DNA of 64,000 nt from Selaginella moellendorffii (taxonomy: Eukaryota; Plantae; Lycopodiophyta). Location: NCBI RefSeq assembly GCF_000143415.4, contig NW_003314294.1, forward strand, positions 1,701,586 to 1,765,585. Reading direction: 5' to 3'. The notes beneath the pieces are model-generated. The model was given only the letters and a program-made list of their open reading frames with translations, did no database searches and was not told the origin of the DNA. Both the position numbers and the translations under genes were made by a program. Shown piece by piece: positions 26,101-38,500 of the stretch; the first letter of the stretch is position 1, and every line of letters begins with the position of its first letter.

Positions 26101-27119
26101 CAATTCAGTAGCTTGATAAACATGCAAATACAGAACTTGATGCAAAATCCTTTGATATGTCACAATGCCCCTAGGACCATAAACACATTTCAATAGAGAG
26201 GGTCCTTTCATTTCATAACTCCTTACGTAGATCTTGGTGAAACCAGAGTTAGTGAAGTTAGTTTCTTGTGATCCCGCATCTGATTGTGATGTCCCTTTGC
26301 AGTTTCGATGGAAAGGTCAATGCACACCAAACTGTGAAATCTTGGAGCAAAATAACGGTCGGATCTATGGCAAATGCCCCTGAAACATTGTAAGGCTCGT
26401 GTGGTCTCATGTGGTGTCCGATTGAGATGCTTCTTTGCAGGGTCATCAAGAAAGACATTGTATACCATTCTGTAAAATCTAGTTGCGATCTAACGGTTGG
26501 ATCTTCAGAAAACTCAAAAAAATCTCGCGCGTGTCAGAATATCCTAGGAATATACTCCTATGTGCCCCTGAAAATGGCATGCGCCCCCACGCCATTCAAG
26601 AGATAATGCCAGATGACGCCGAGAATTTTTTGGTGCATTTCTTGGGTTCAAAATTGCATGAGCCCACACGCTATAAAGTTTATCTTTGCCAAATAGAGAA
26701 AAGTTTATCTGTGTCATGTGAGGTAGTTACAGTCCTTTGTGCTCGGCATCTGCCTCTTGCAGCATTTGCACTGAAAGGGAATTTTTCTCCATTCAGCATT
26801 TGGCCCTGAAAATGGCATGCGCCCACACGCCATTCAAGGAATAACGCCACAGGACGCCTGGATTTTTGGGTTTAAAATGTTTAGAGTTTTTTGGGTTTTT
26901 TCAAAATATTTTGGGTCCAACGTTTTTTGGGTTTCTTTGGTTCAAAATTGCATGAGCCCACACGCTATAATATTGATTTGAGAGAAAAATAGAAACAGAT
27001 AGAATTTCTTTATTTAGCTGAACATCTGCCATTTTTGGAAATACAAGATGCTTTGGAATATCCAATCATGCATGGTATAAATATAGCGAGGGTATTAAAT
27101 GATATCCCAATCATGATCT

Positions 27120-27490
27120 TTCTTTTGGATTTCGCGTGCATGCAGTCCGAGGAATGATGACGTTGCGGATTTCTTTTGGATTTTGCGTGCTTGCATGCGC
27201 GCGGCAATCCAGAAATTAATGGTGGCGCCCAAGTCCGAGGAATGATGACGTGGCGGGATTACCAACCGTTGTGACATTTCGCGCGTGTGAGGTTAGGTTT
27301 TGCATTTTGCTTTGTACTCGCGCTCGCACACTCGCGCTCGCGCTCGCATCACACTCGCGCTCCCGCTCGCATCGCGCTCCCACTCGCGATCACGCTCACT
27401 TCTCTACAGGTTTCTCGTGTGCATCGGCGTCCACTCGCGCTTGCATCACACTCGCGCTCGCATCGCGCTCGTGTGCATCGGCATCCACTT
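27120..27490 (+). promoter_or_regulatory. Putative CpG-rich promoter/5' leader of the accessory gene
   Basis: Duplicated GTCCGAGGAATGATGACGT (27145, 27234; contains TGACGT), then a TCGCGCTCGCA-rich tract ahead of ATG 27698. Confidence 0.45.
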
Positions 27491-29097
27491 CAAGACACAC
27501 CCAGTTTGTAACTTCGCCGCCAACTCCGCCGCCCACTCCACCACCCACACGCAGCCCACTTGGCGTCCTGGGAGATTTCAGCACCACTCTCCAACTGTAA
27601 GTGGCAGAGTAGCCTTGCTGCTACGATCCGCTGCACACACAGTGCACATTCGCCAGCGAGTCCGGCCTCGATTGTCACAGCCTCCATTCGGCTTCAAATG
27701 GTAAGTCTTTTAGACGAAGTAGAAAATGGCATGAGGCCACATGCCATTCAGTAGCAACATTGGCATGCACCGATTGGGCTCTCGAGTGCAGTCCGGTTAC
27801 AGATGGCGTGTAGCCTCACGCCATCTTAGGATGCAGCCTCAAGACATCTGATGCAGTGGTGAATGGCGTGTGGCCTCACGTTATTTCCAGCTGCTAGCTT
27901 TTCATCTGTCAGCTCTAATTGTTGTGCATTTTTGAACAGGCGAGGAATTGCGTTCTTCTTCCAGCCACTGTCAATGTGGATGCAGAGAAGGGGGAGGAGC
28001 TCACCAGTTGGACTTTCGGGATGGAAGGCGAGGATCTGATGCTGTACAACACAGATGGTAGGAGAAAAGAATGCATGGGGATCCTCATCCAAGTGACAGA
28101 CACTCCATGCAGTTCCATGCAAGAATATGGACTGGCACTTGTGGTAGAGACAGCGTCCGCCTTCAAGATCCACCTTGCACATCCTAGCGGCTTCCCGGAG
28201 GGGGGCAGCGGCTATGAGGAATTCCTAGAGGGAGCTAGGGAGAGGTTGTCCAGGAGGCCCACAATTTCAAAGACGCTGCGGGTCTATGAAGATCACATGG
28301 AATCCACGGACCTCACCTACGGCGATGTTCAAAAACTATATTCCAACATTGAGCCGTTGAGAGTGCCTCCAGTTTGCGAAGCGAAGGGGAAGGGGGTCGA
28401 TCTGGAAACTACCCCGAAGCAGAAATGGGTGGTCAAGCTCAAGCCGACGTCCGACTCTGCTGCTCCAAAAAAGAAGCTACTCGGTGATGCCATTGCCTCG
28501 GGTTCGAACACTACACCCACCAAAAAGAAGAGCCGCAAAGAGCAGAAAGAGCAAGAAGAGGCAGCAAAAATCGTCGCAGATAATAGTACTTGTTACTATT
28601 CCAACAAAGTATATACAATCGACGTGAGCCGTATCGAGATCCAAAGCAAATACAACCACAGGCTAGTATCTGATGAGTGGGTGGAGAAACTGAAGCAGAA
28701 GATGCTGGCAAGTCCAGTAACACCCGACATCGCAGACGTGATCCCCTACTACCGAACAATGAAGGGCGAGACGAGGTTTCCAGACTTGATCAATAGGAAG
28801 GTGTTGGACGATCAGAACATCCGGTTCTATGCCGTCTCCGGGCAGCATTCTAGCTTGGCGATGCAACAGATAGTTGTGGATATTATGGTGGGCGAGGAGG
28901 TGAAGAAAGTCTTCAAGACAAGAGTTGTCCGCCTGATAAAAGGCAACTCGCCCCTCCGATCTATCATATACATCTCCCACGCGCAGAATGTCAAGCAAGA
29001 AACGTGCTACAAATCGGGTCTGCACGAGACATTGGCACGAACACGGAAGCTCTGGGTTCAACTGAAGAAGCCACAAAAACCAGGACAAGGACGTGCA

Positions 29098-30243
29098 TGT
29101 CGCGCATGTGACTTCGGGTATCGAAAGTTACCTGTCGACCAGTCCTTACGGACACTCTTACCTTACTGCCACGATGGCAGGAGGTCGGTATTGCTGGACC
29201 CTTTATCAGTCCCTCTTGTGCTAGTGGAGTTAACTGGGCATTTCGAGTGTACTTAGACCGGACGAGCATAAGGACGGAATTCCTACGTGTTATTAGCTAA
29301 GCATACTTAGCCCGGTAAGGAGTTCCCGTCTCGTTTTGTCTTGCACTTGCTAGTGACAAGAACCCTCGCGTATTGAGATTAGTCCCTCAATATCGCTACA
29401 TGATAGCTTACCGTGTCTGCCAAACACCCTCGCTATCATGCCCTTTGTGTTAGTCTCATTTCGGTCCCAAATGCTATTTATGGAAAGTGTCCAGATTTGC
29501 TCATTTGGCATATCTACGGAATGTAGAGATCGTTTTGAACACAATGGTGTTCGTCCCGTGTCCAAATTCGCAATCTAGGGACATTCCATATTTAGTAAGT
29601 TTCAAGCTTGTCCCAGAGACTAACTCCTGATACTAAGGGAGGCTTGGGGTGAAAGCCCAAAGCGTGTGTTCCTCAAGGGGGGGGGGCTGTGGGGGGTTCC
29701 AAATGTATAGTAGGGATAGTGGGTAGGTCGGGCATGGCCGACCAACCTGAGGCATAGTCTAGCTCCCGCTTGCGTGCCTGTCCTTGTTCTGCGTCCGGCT
29801 TGGGTCTAAGCCCAAGTTCCATTCCATGCTAGTTGGTGGAGTACCCATGTCCTCGCGTTAGGCCACCGGTATGCCGAAATAGCGCCAGACTCCGTTTGGC
29901 TCCGTTTTGCGTGCTGGTCCTGGCATTGGGATGCTGGTTACTCTAGGACTGTTCCAAGTCGCTCCGGGCTCCTGTCCCTTCGCTCCTTGGGCTTTACGCT
30001 TGGGAGTTGCTCCGTGGTTCGGTTCCATCACTCCTTGGCTTCGTGCTTGGGAGTTTGGCACCGTTCCTTTGTTCAGTGGCCCAAGGCCCTGAACCTCGGG
30101 TTCCTGTGGACACGTGGCATGGACACGTGGCATGTGACACGTGGCATCTGTCACGTGGCACAAAGAGGGTTTAGGTTCCGCTTCGTGGTGTTATCCTATG
30201 GTAAATCACCATAGGATAAAGGGTCAAAACCACGTGCGCTACA
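29098..30243 (+). repeat. 5' LTR (1146 bp)
   Basis: TGTCGCGCATG...GTGCGCTACA; near-identical to 34406-35551. Confidence 0.96.
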
Positions 30244-30245
30244 TT

Positions 30246-30257
30246 TGGTATCAGAGC
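30246..30257 (+). promoter_or_regulatory. Primer-binding site, initiator tRNA-Met type (TGGTATCAGAGC)
   Basis: Canonical plant PBS 2 nt after the LTR end. Confidence 0.93.
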
Positions 30258-33200
30258 ATGAGTCTCAGCGAGTACTATTCAATGAGATTGGGCAACTAGT
30301 CTCGTTGCATACGCAGAGATGAAAACGATGATCCGAGTGGGTACACGTTTGGTGCAAAGGGTTCGCAATTGTTCCTTGAGTATGGTTTTGGTTACCTTTT
30401 GTACCTAATAATGTGAGCTTGCTCTTGGGCTCATAGGATGGATTTGAGGTGTTCCATTTGCACGAGTTTGAGCTTGGGCTCGTGAGTGAGGCGCATTAGC
30501 AACTTGAGGTTACACTCTGAGTTGGCAAGATTAATGTTAGCCTATCGGTGGTTTCATGAGTTGTTCCTTGTACCGTGGGTAAAAGCAAACCTTCCTTGAG
30601 TTTGCTATGAGTGGCAAATAGGCTGGTCCATAGCTGTTTAGCACGGCACTAGTGGATCCTTCCTAGGCATGGTTACAAGTGGATCAGTCAAGACTGTAGG
30701 GAATAGTCTATTGGTTCAAGTAATCATTGCCGTGCTCTCTCATAAACTTTTCTTCGATTGAACTGAAGGCAGTGCGAAAGCAAGCTTGAGGTTTGGTCAA
30801 AGATGAGACCGAAAAGAGAGTCATCGAGGACGGAGGATCAAATACGTAAATCATTTTCTCTTCTTGGAGAGATGATTTGCAACAAGGTGTTAACTCATTG
30901 CTTGTGTTCACATTATGCAATCAAGAGTCCCTACCTTGATGCATGTTGGAAGTGATGGTCTTACAAGTGGTGAGTTATGGGATGGATAGTGGTGAAACAC
31001 TAAACCATTTTGTCTAGGCTCGCTATTGAAAGACTTGGGTTGCAATGCTCAATTCTTTTCCGGGGAAACTTGCTATTGCTCCTTGAGTAGCTTGGTGTTG
31101 GATTAGTGTTGAGTTTGGTCGGAAAGAGAGTGGCATGAGCTTGTCCGTGTTGTGAACAAAAGTTAGTGGTGTTGGGTATCGTAAACCTCTATTGGTGGAG
31201 TGTGGCATTTATATTGCATTTTGTCGAATTGAGTTGACACTTGATATTCACATAAACCTTTGCAGTAGTGACATGGGCATTGCTCATAGTGTTGCTTGAT
31301 TGATGATCAAGTCATTGTGATTTATATCATATCCATGTGATAATGAGCAATGTGTTTACGAAGTTGCTTGGTTAAATGATGATCAACCCCAAAGTGGTTG
31401 ATGGTGAAGCTAGTCTACTTGCACGAAGTAGCATTGTAGTAGCTTTGACTGGATTCTCGATGGTGGTCCATTATGCTAAGCTTAAGTTGGTTCCTTGTTC
31501 CTTGAAGGTTTGCCCATAAGGTGTTGGAAAGGGTTGTAGCATTCATTTGCTATAGCTCAGTAGTTGATCCGTTAACACTTGGAGTAGATTGTTGGATGGA
31601 GAAAGTGTGTAGTTGAAGCATTGACATTGCTAACACTTGTGTTAGTGGAAGTGGCATTGTTGTTTCAAGTGATGAGGATTTTCCTTAGAGCTTGATTTTC
31701 CATGTCATTTTTCTTGTTAGTGTTTTAGCTTCACATTGGATCTTGAAGGTGGTTGAAGAAGAGTGTTAGTGCAATGTGGATATCCGAAAATGTGGTCTTC
31801 GTGATCAAGCCTTGGATGTTCCATTTTGCATTTTGCGGATGTCAGAGTTGGATGTCGAAAGTATGGCCAAGCATATAACTTAGTAGCGTGAGTTTAGTGT
31901 TTGGGTCTTGTGAAGGCAAGTTGAAGAGTGATTGTTTGTTGCTTTGCAACTAGTGACTGCTTGTAGACTTCGTCAAAGACCTCTGATACTTGCTTCACTC
32001 GATGAAGATTTAGCAGTGGTGGGCTTGCTTTACCGGATGGTGTCGCGGAGGATCGTGTCGTTAGACTTACATGGGTTTTCCATGTTGGCATATCGACTTT
32101 ATCTTCTGTTGATATCATTTGGTTGCGTTTAGTTCGTGGTGTTGGATTTCATTGAGTCTTGGATGTGGTGATTCACTCCTTGATGAAGTGTTATCTATAA
32201 CTGAGTATTATTAGAGGATTGGTCTCGGTTACTAATTAAAGTATCTTCGACCTTGGTTAGCTTGGTTGCTGGAAAGCTCCGAGTGGTGATTCACTCATGC
32301 TTTCTTCTAGCTTTGTTTTGGTGTTGATGGCATTAAAGTGATGCTTTGTCATTGACATTGTTGATATTGAGATCTGAGTGAAATGAGATATCCTTCCTAG
32401 GATTGATATTGAGTTTCATTAGTCTTGATGAATATAGTGTTGATGATTTGGCTATAGCTTTGTGTTGTTGGCATTCGTGCATTTGCTAGTTAGCAACTGT
32501 GTTGACGTTCAAACGAACTGAGTGGCAAGTTTGAGTTAGTTGTGTTCTAAACGAGATTATTTAGTAGGGGTTGAGCTTTGAGCTTTTCCTTGAAAAGTGA
32601 TTCAGTCGTGAACGATGCTAACTCTACAAGTGGAAGAGTTAGTGATTGATATTAGAATGTTTGAATCCTTATTGGATTTGAGTTGGAATATATCGATCAT
32701 TGATGATTTTTCTTGTGCTTGTTATGATGTGAGTTACGTCTTGCTATAGATGGATTCATGGAGGATCGTTTGATGATCACTTGTTGAGCATAGCTTTGTT
32801 ATGCTTAGCTTTTGGATTGATGCAGACATGCTCTTCATTAGCTTTGCATTATGAAGTTTAGCTTATGGATGTGTTAAAGAGGATATTGTGGGTTGCACCA
32901 TGATTTCTTCTTTAGCATTGAAGTTAGCTTCTATGAAACTTGTGATCATTGTTAGGAAAGACTTAGCTATAGACTTCTTCGAGCTTTTGGTTCTTTGAGC
33001 TTTATGCTCGTTGTTCCATTTGTTAGAAGTTGTTGGGGAGGGCATTTTGGCTTGTTAGCTTCGATGAAGTTAATATTTGCATCTGGCAATCATTGGTGAT
33101 GATTAATTATCATCTAAGATAGTTGATTATCCTTGTCAAGAGTTTTGCTTGGTTGTTGTTGATATAGAATGATTCGCTGCTCTTTGAGATAGTGGATTCT

Positions 33201-34393
33201 TTCTTAGCCGATGATTATGCATCTCTTTATTGATGGGATGATTGATGATCTTTCGTGATAGTTAGTTGTTCTCTTTGATGGCTTGTGGCTTTTTGCAATA
33301 TCACATGTTCTTTGTGATTTGCTCTGGATTGGTCTCTTGGGTTTGAGACATCAAAAGGATGTTGCTAACACTTGCTTAGGCAACTTGAGTTCCTTAGTGT
33401 TGTTGGCTGGGATCTATTTGGATTGGCTAGTGTGATAGTTGGCATGAATGGGTGTTTGTTGGTTTTACCGCATTCATTCTGTTCTGTTGATTATTGCTCG
33501 AGTTAGTTCTGATAGGTTGGGATGTTATTTCCTTCGGGTGATACATTCGCGAGCATTGTGCCTGTCAGTCAATGATACTTTGTGTTCTTTGAGTTATCTC
33601 TAGTAAGTTGTTGGCTTACTGTCTGCTATCTTTGATAGTTATGTTTTATCATTAAGTGTTCTTGATGATACACTAGCTATTGAATTTTGTTGGATAGTGA
33701 ATCCTATGTTTACCAATTATGATGATCTTGGTGGTTCCTACACTATTATACTGGTTTATCGGATGATAACTTGCTTGGAATACTTTTGTGTTCTAATCTA
33801 AGATATACTCACTGATAATTAAGACTCTAAGATATCATTGTTTACGACTTTGATATTGTCCATCTATTGATCTTTGAGTTTGGGCCAGTATAGGCAGACT
33901 GGCTTCGGCACTTCGTGTGCATGTTGAAATCTCTAGTCATGGGGTAGCTACTGTTGACTGGTCACATCACCCGCCTCTCTGTCGATGTTCCTTATTCCGT
34001 TAAAAGGGCGTGACCGTGTAAACAACTCTAACTGCCTGTTTACAGTAGTCTATCTAAACCTTACCGACGGGTTTGGTTTCTTTGCTTAGGAGGGTTGGGG
34101 CCTCTGGCTTCTCTTTCTATGTTCCTGCGGGCAGGGGAATATCACACTTTTGTAAACTGGGTGACTCCCAGAGCAGCAAGGGTGGCTAACTCCGTTGGTC
34201 ATTTCCTTGTCGGCGACGGCCGGAAGGTGTCTGAGCTGGTAGCGCATCCGCGTTAGACAAAGAGGTTGTTCCTTAACTCATTTAAGTTGGTGCATTTCTC
34301 ACATAGTGTGAGTACCGTGAACTTTTTCTGGAGTTGTTTCCTTGGCGGTATTCTAGACTCGAGTATGCATCGACGAGGACGTCGATCTTCCCT

Positions 34394-34405
34394 AGGGGGG
34401 GAGAG
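34394..34405 (+). promoter_or_regulatory. Polypurine tract
   Basis: AGGGGGGGAGAG immediately before the 3' LTR. Confidence 0.92.
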
Positions 34406-35551
34406 TGTCGCGCATGTGACTTCGGGTATCGAAAGTTACCTGTCGACCAGTCCTTACGGACACTCTTACCTTACTGCCACGATGGCAGGAGGTCGGTATT
34501 GCTGGACCCTTTATCAGTCCCTCTTGTGCTAGTGGAGTTAACTGGGCATTTCGAGTGTACTTAGACCGGACGAGCATAAGGATGGAATTCCTACGTGTTA
34601 TTAGCTAAGCATACTTAGCCCGGTAAGGAGTTCCCGTCTCGTTTTGTCTTGCACTTGCTAGTGACAAGAACCCTCGCGTATTGAGATTAGTCCCTCAATA
34701 TCGCTACATGATAGCTTACCGTGTCTGCCAAACACCCTCGCTATCATGCCCTTTGTGTTAGTCTCATTTCGGTCCCAAATGCTATTTATGGAAAGTGTCC
34801 AGATTTGCTCATTTGGCATATCTACGGAATGTAGAGATCGTTTTGAACACAATGGTGTTCGTCCCGTGTCCAAATTCGCAATCTAGGGACATTCCATATT
34901 TAGTAAGTTTCAAGCTTGTCCCAGAGACTAACTCCTGATACTAAGGGAGGCTTGGGGTGAAAGCCCAAAGCGTGTGTTCCTCAAGGGGGGGGGGCTGTGG
35001 GGGGTTCCAAATGTATAGTAGGGATAGTGGGTAGGTCGGGCATGGCCGACCAACCTGAGGCATAGTCTAGCTCCCGCTTGCGTGCCTGTCCTTGTTCTGC
35101 GTCCGGCTTGGGTCTAAGCCCAAGTTCCATTCCATGCTAGTTGGTGGAGTACCCATGTCCTCGCGTTAGGCCACCGGTATGCCGAAATAGCGCCAGACTC
35201 CGTTTGGCTCCGTTTTGCGTGCTGGTCCTGGCATTGGGATGCTGGTTACTCTAGGACTGTTCCAAGTCGCTCCGGGCTCCTGTCCCTTCGCTCCTTGGGC
35301 TTTACGCTTGGGAGTTGCTCCGTGGTTCGGTTCCATCACTCCTTGGCTTCGTGCTTGGGAGTTTGGCACCGTTCCTTTGTTCAGTGGCCCAAGGCCCTGA
35401 ACCTCGGGTTCCTGTGGACACGTGGCATGGACACGTGGCATGTGACACGTGGCATCTGTCACGTGGCACAAAGAGGGTTTAGGTTCCGCTTCGTGGTGTT
35501 ATCCTATGGTAAATCACCATAGGATAAAGGGTCAAAACCACGTGCGCTACA
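34406..35551 (+). repeat. 3' LTR (1146 bp)
   Basis: Duplicate of 29098-30243; only one substitution noticed by eye (GACGG vs GATGG near 34583). Confidence 0.96.
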
Positions 35552-38500
35552 GTGCACTAGCAACTAGCGCTTGGCAGGTAAGCCTCGTTGCATGTGGCAT
35601 AGCATGTGGCCTCACGCCATTTCCATTGCAGGAATTCTCGAGTCTTCTCTCGAAAACACTGGGGGTCAATGACACACTCAGCATCCATAACATTCTACTC
35701 GCGACAAAAGTTGTTTTTGACAAATGGGTAGATGTGCTAAGGAGGTACCATGACGGGGAGTTGCTAAACTCAATGGGTGTGGAGGACGGCCGGAAGCCCA
35801 ATGATTTGAAGCTCAACGCCTTGCGTTTCTCGCGGTCTCTAGACGACGACGACCTTCTGACAGTGGCTAATGCTCTTCTACTTGGTGAGGTAGTCTTCAA
35901 CAAGACCAAAATGACTCCCGGCCATATTATGACATATGAGGACTTGTGCACGACTCTGAGAGCTCGTGCGCTATTGAAGGATTGGATCTTCGAGCAAGTG
36001 GCCGTGGCGAGGGTGAGCATCGACACCACGCAAGAGATGATGGAAGAGCTGGACTTGTCAAATGAAGACATCGACGAGTACGTGAAGGGGGCCCCCAAGT
36101 TCATCGATCTGCTGCGGGATGCCACGAAAAGTAAAGCTGAGAAGTTGGATCAGTATCCAAATTTCATTAAGAGGGATGTCGACCGCCGGCTTCAGAAACA
36201 GCTCGACCCCGCAGCAGAGGCCTATCGAGAACCTTACCGAGTATACGTGAATTCGGATGAGGATCAAAGGTGGAGGAGCATCGTTTCCCGCGGAGATGAG
36301 CAGGTCAAGAACATCTTTTGTGTGATGGACTTCACAAACGAGGAGATCACTCATGCAGACGAAGTCAGCTCCATCATTGACTTAATGGTGGGACTTGCGG
36401 AGGTGGAATCTTCAGTCCACTATATGATCTACGACTCCGAATCCTATCACAAGTTCTGGAAAGCCTTGAACGAGGTGAAGGCTCGGTTGAAAGGCAAGGA
36501 GATGCGGGAGATCCATGGGATAATGGCTAAGAAGAAGATACCGACAAATGTCCGCATCTTCACAGTCGCCCTTGTTATTGGTCCTGCAGCAGAGTGGGAC
36601 TGGAGTGACTTCCCAGCTTCGTTCAACAAAGCCGATCGAATTGATCTGAGGGAGGTCAATTTACCCGTGCCTGAGGAACTGAAGACGGCTATGGAGCTTT
36701 CGAATCCAAAGAAAGCTCCAGGTGCAGCATGGGAAATGCTCAGCTGGGTCTTCAACGCAATAGCGGGTGACTCCAAGGGCAAATGCGTTGTCGAGTACAA
36801 CTGCGGCAGACTATTCTTTCGAGCCGCACTACTCAAGGGTGTCCCGTGTGTTGCGGTGACAAATTCCATTGAAGAGGTGACTTCAATGGAGCATATAATT
36901 ACAGTTGCCAAAGAAAAACAGTATCTTCTCTACGAACCTGGTGAGTACGCACTTTAAGTTTAAATGTTATCTCACAAGCTCTGTATGCAGGAGCGTGGCC
37001 ACCCCCAGATGCTGAAACGGCGTTAACAGCTACTGATGTTAGGCCGAGGTCACAACCTGCACAAGGTAAGGTCACGTGAGGCCTCACGCCATTTTGATTA
37101 TAGATCGTTGTGAATATTCAGACACGAGGACTGAAAAGCGCACTGGTGGCGCGTCGAAGAAGGACAAACAGACAAGCAATAGGAAAAAAGGAGGTACAAA
37201 TTATATTTGCAATGGCGTGTGGTCTCATGCCATTCCTTGCAGGAGACACTTCTTCAAAGGCAAAACAGGCAAGCACCAGCCAAGCTCAAACTGACAGTGG
37301 TCATAAAAAGCGAAAGCACGTTGGACAGTCGTCGGGATCAGAGGCGTTTGATTCGAAAAGGAAGAAGGGCAACGAAAAGATGATAGGTAATGCCTCGCGG
37401 TTATGGCGTGTGTGCTCATGCCATTCATTGCAGATCAAGGGCTGAGTGAAAGGAGCCAGTCACCACCTTCTGACTCAGATTCCTATGGCGGACTCCCCTT
37501 CCCCAATCTCAATGGAGAGGTACAATGGATGAGGGATGCTTTTCAAGTCAGGGCCACGTTTTTCTCATCTCGTCGTCTTCGAAGGGTGCAAGAACGTGCA
37601 GAAACCATGTTAAGACAGTCGGGTGAGGATACGGTCCTAGGTCACGCACTAAAACAGGCTATGGATGTCTTGTATTTTGAGATGGAGACTCGGCCAGATG
37701 ATTTTTCCAAGATGGTCCTGGAAAAACAAGCAATCCAGCCTGAGCAGCCTATGGAAGAAATGCAAGAGGGGGATGAGGAGCCAGAGAAAGATAATGAGCA
37801 GGAAGAGCAGAAGGACGAAGAGGAGGACGAAGAAGAGGAGGACGAAGAAGAGGAGGACGAAGAGGACTTGGATGGTCCTCACAATGGTGACGATCACAAT
37901 AACGACAATGACGATGATGACGATGATGGCCAGCCTGAGGTGGCCAAAGAGCAGCGGAGGAAGGTTATACAAGACAAACCATCAGGTAAATAATAGTACA
38001 TCCATTCCTAACCTTTTACCATTTCTAACATTGTCCATGTAGGTCGCAGAAGAAATGGTAAGTAGAGATTATTCAGTTGAATTAAGATACAAACTCTAGC
38101 CTTTAGTGTCGAGGAAGGATAGTGCCAAGCAAGGGTCGAAACGTATGTCCAATCCTTCAGAATCAGCAGTGCGCCCAAGTGATATCGGTCCTAGTTCCTC
38201 AATAGCAGTTGATGGTAAATACAGTATAGTCGATTCAATGTGCTAATGAGTTTGTTTTTAGTAGCACGGGAGGATACCATCTCAATCGAAGGGAGATATT
38301 TGGACATGCATATGGATCCGCCAGTGGACTCTACTTGCCTGCAAGAGTCATCAGAGCTGGTGGAGGCTACTATCCATATCAACGCCAAGCAAGCTGACCA
38401 CGCTCCACTTGATGCTGCCCATACCACTGAGTCAATCTTGTCCACGTATCCAACTGACGGTGACCAGGCGCCATTGGACCCGCATGAGGCCGCCCCAGCC

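Larger units (their letters stand above)
29098..35551 (+). mobile_element. Young non-autonomous LTR retroelement (LARD-like), 6454 bp
   Basis: TG..CA LTRs, 5-bp TSD GTGCA (29093-29097 / 35552-35556), empty site GGACGTGCACTAG in copies 2 and 3, PBS and PPT present, no gag/pol ORF inside. Confidence 0.95.

Noticed and set aside
24834-27760. Many short Arg/Ala/Ser-rich ORFs in the intergenic region
   Set aside because: Produced by GC-rich CGCTCG repeats and by ATGs inside the palindrome; frames not kept across the indels in copy 2
27919-29256. 445-aa ORF (and 502-aa ORF 35449..36957) as complete proteins
   Set aside because: Both are chimeras reading into or out of the inserted LTRs; the uninterrupted frame is seen in copies 2 and 3
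29098-30243. Hammerhead ribozyme (retrozyme) in the LTR
   Set aside because: No CTGANGA core found on either strand by eye, and the element is much larger than retrozymes
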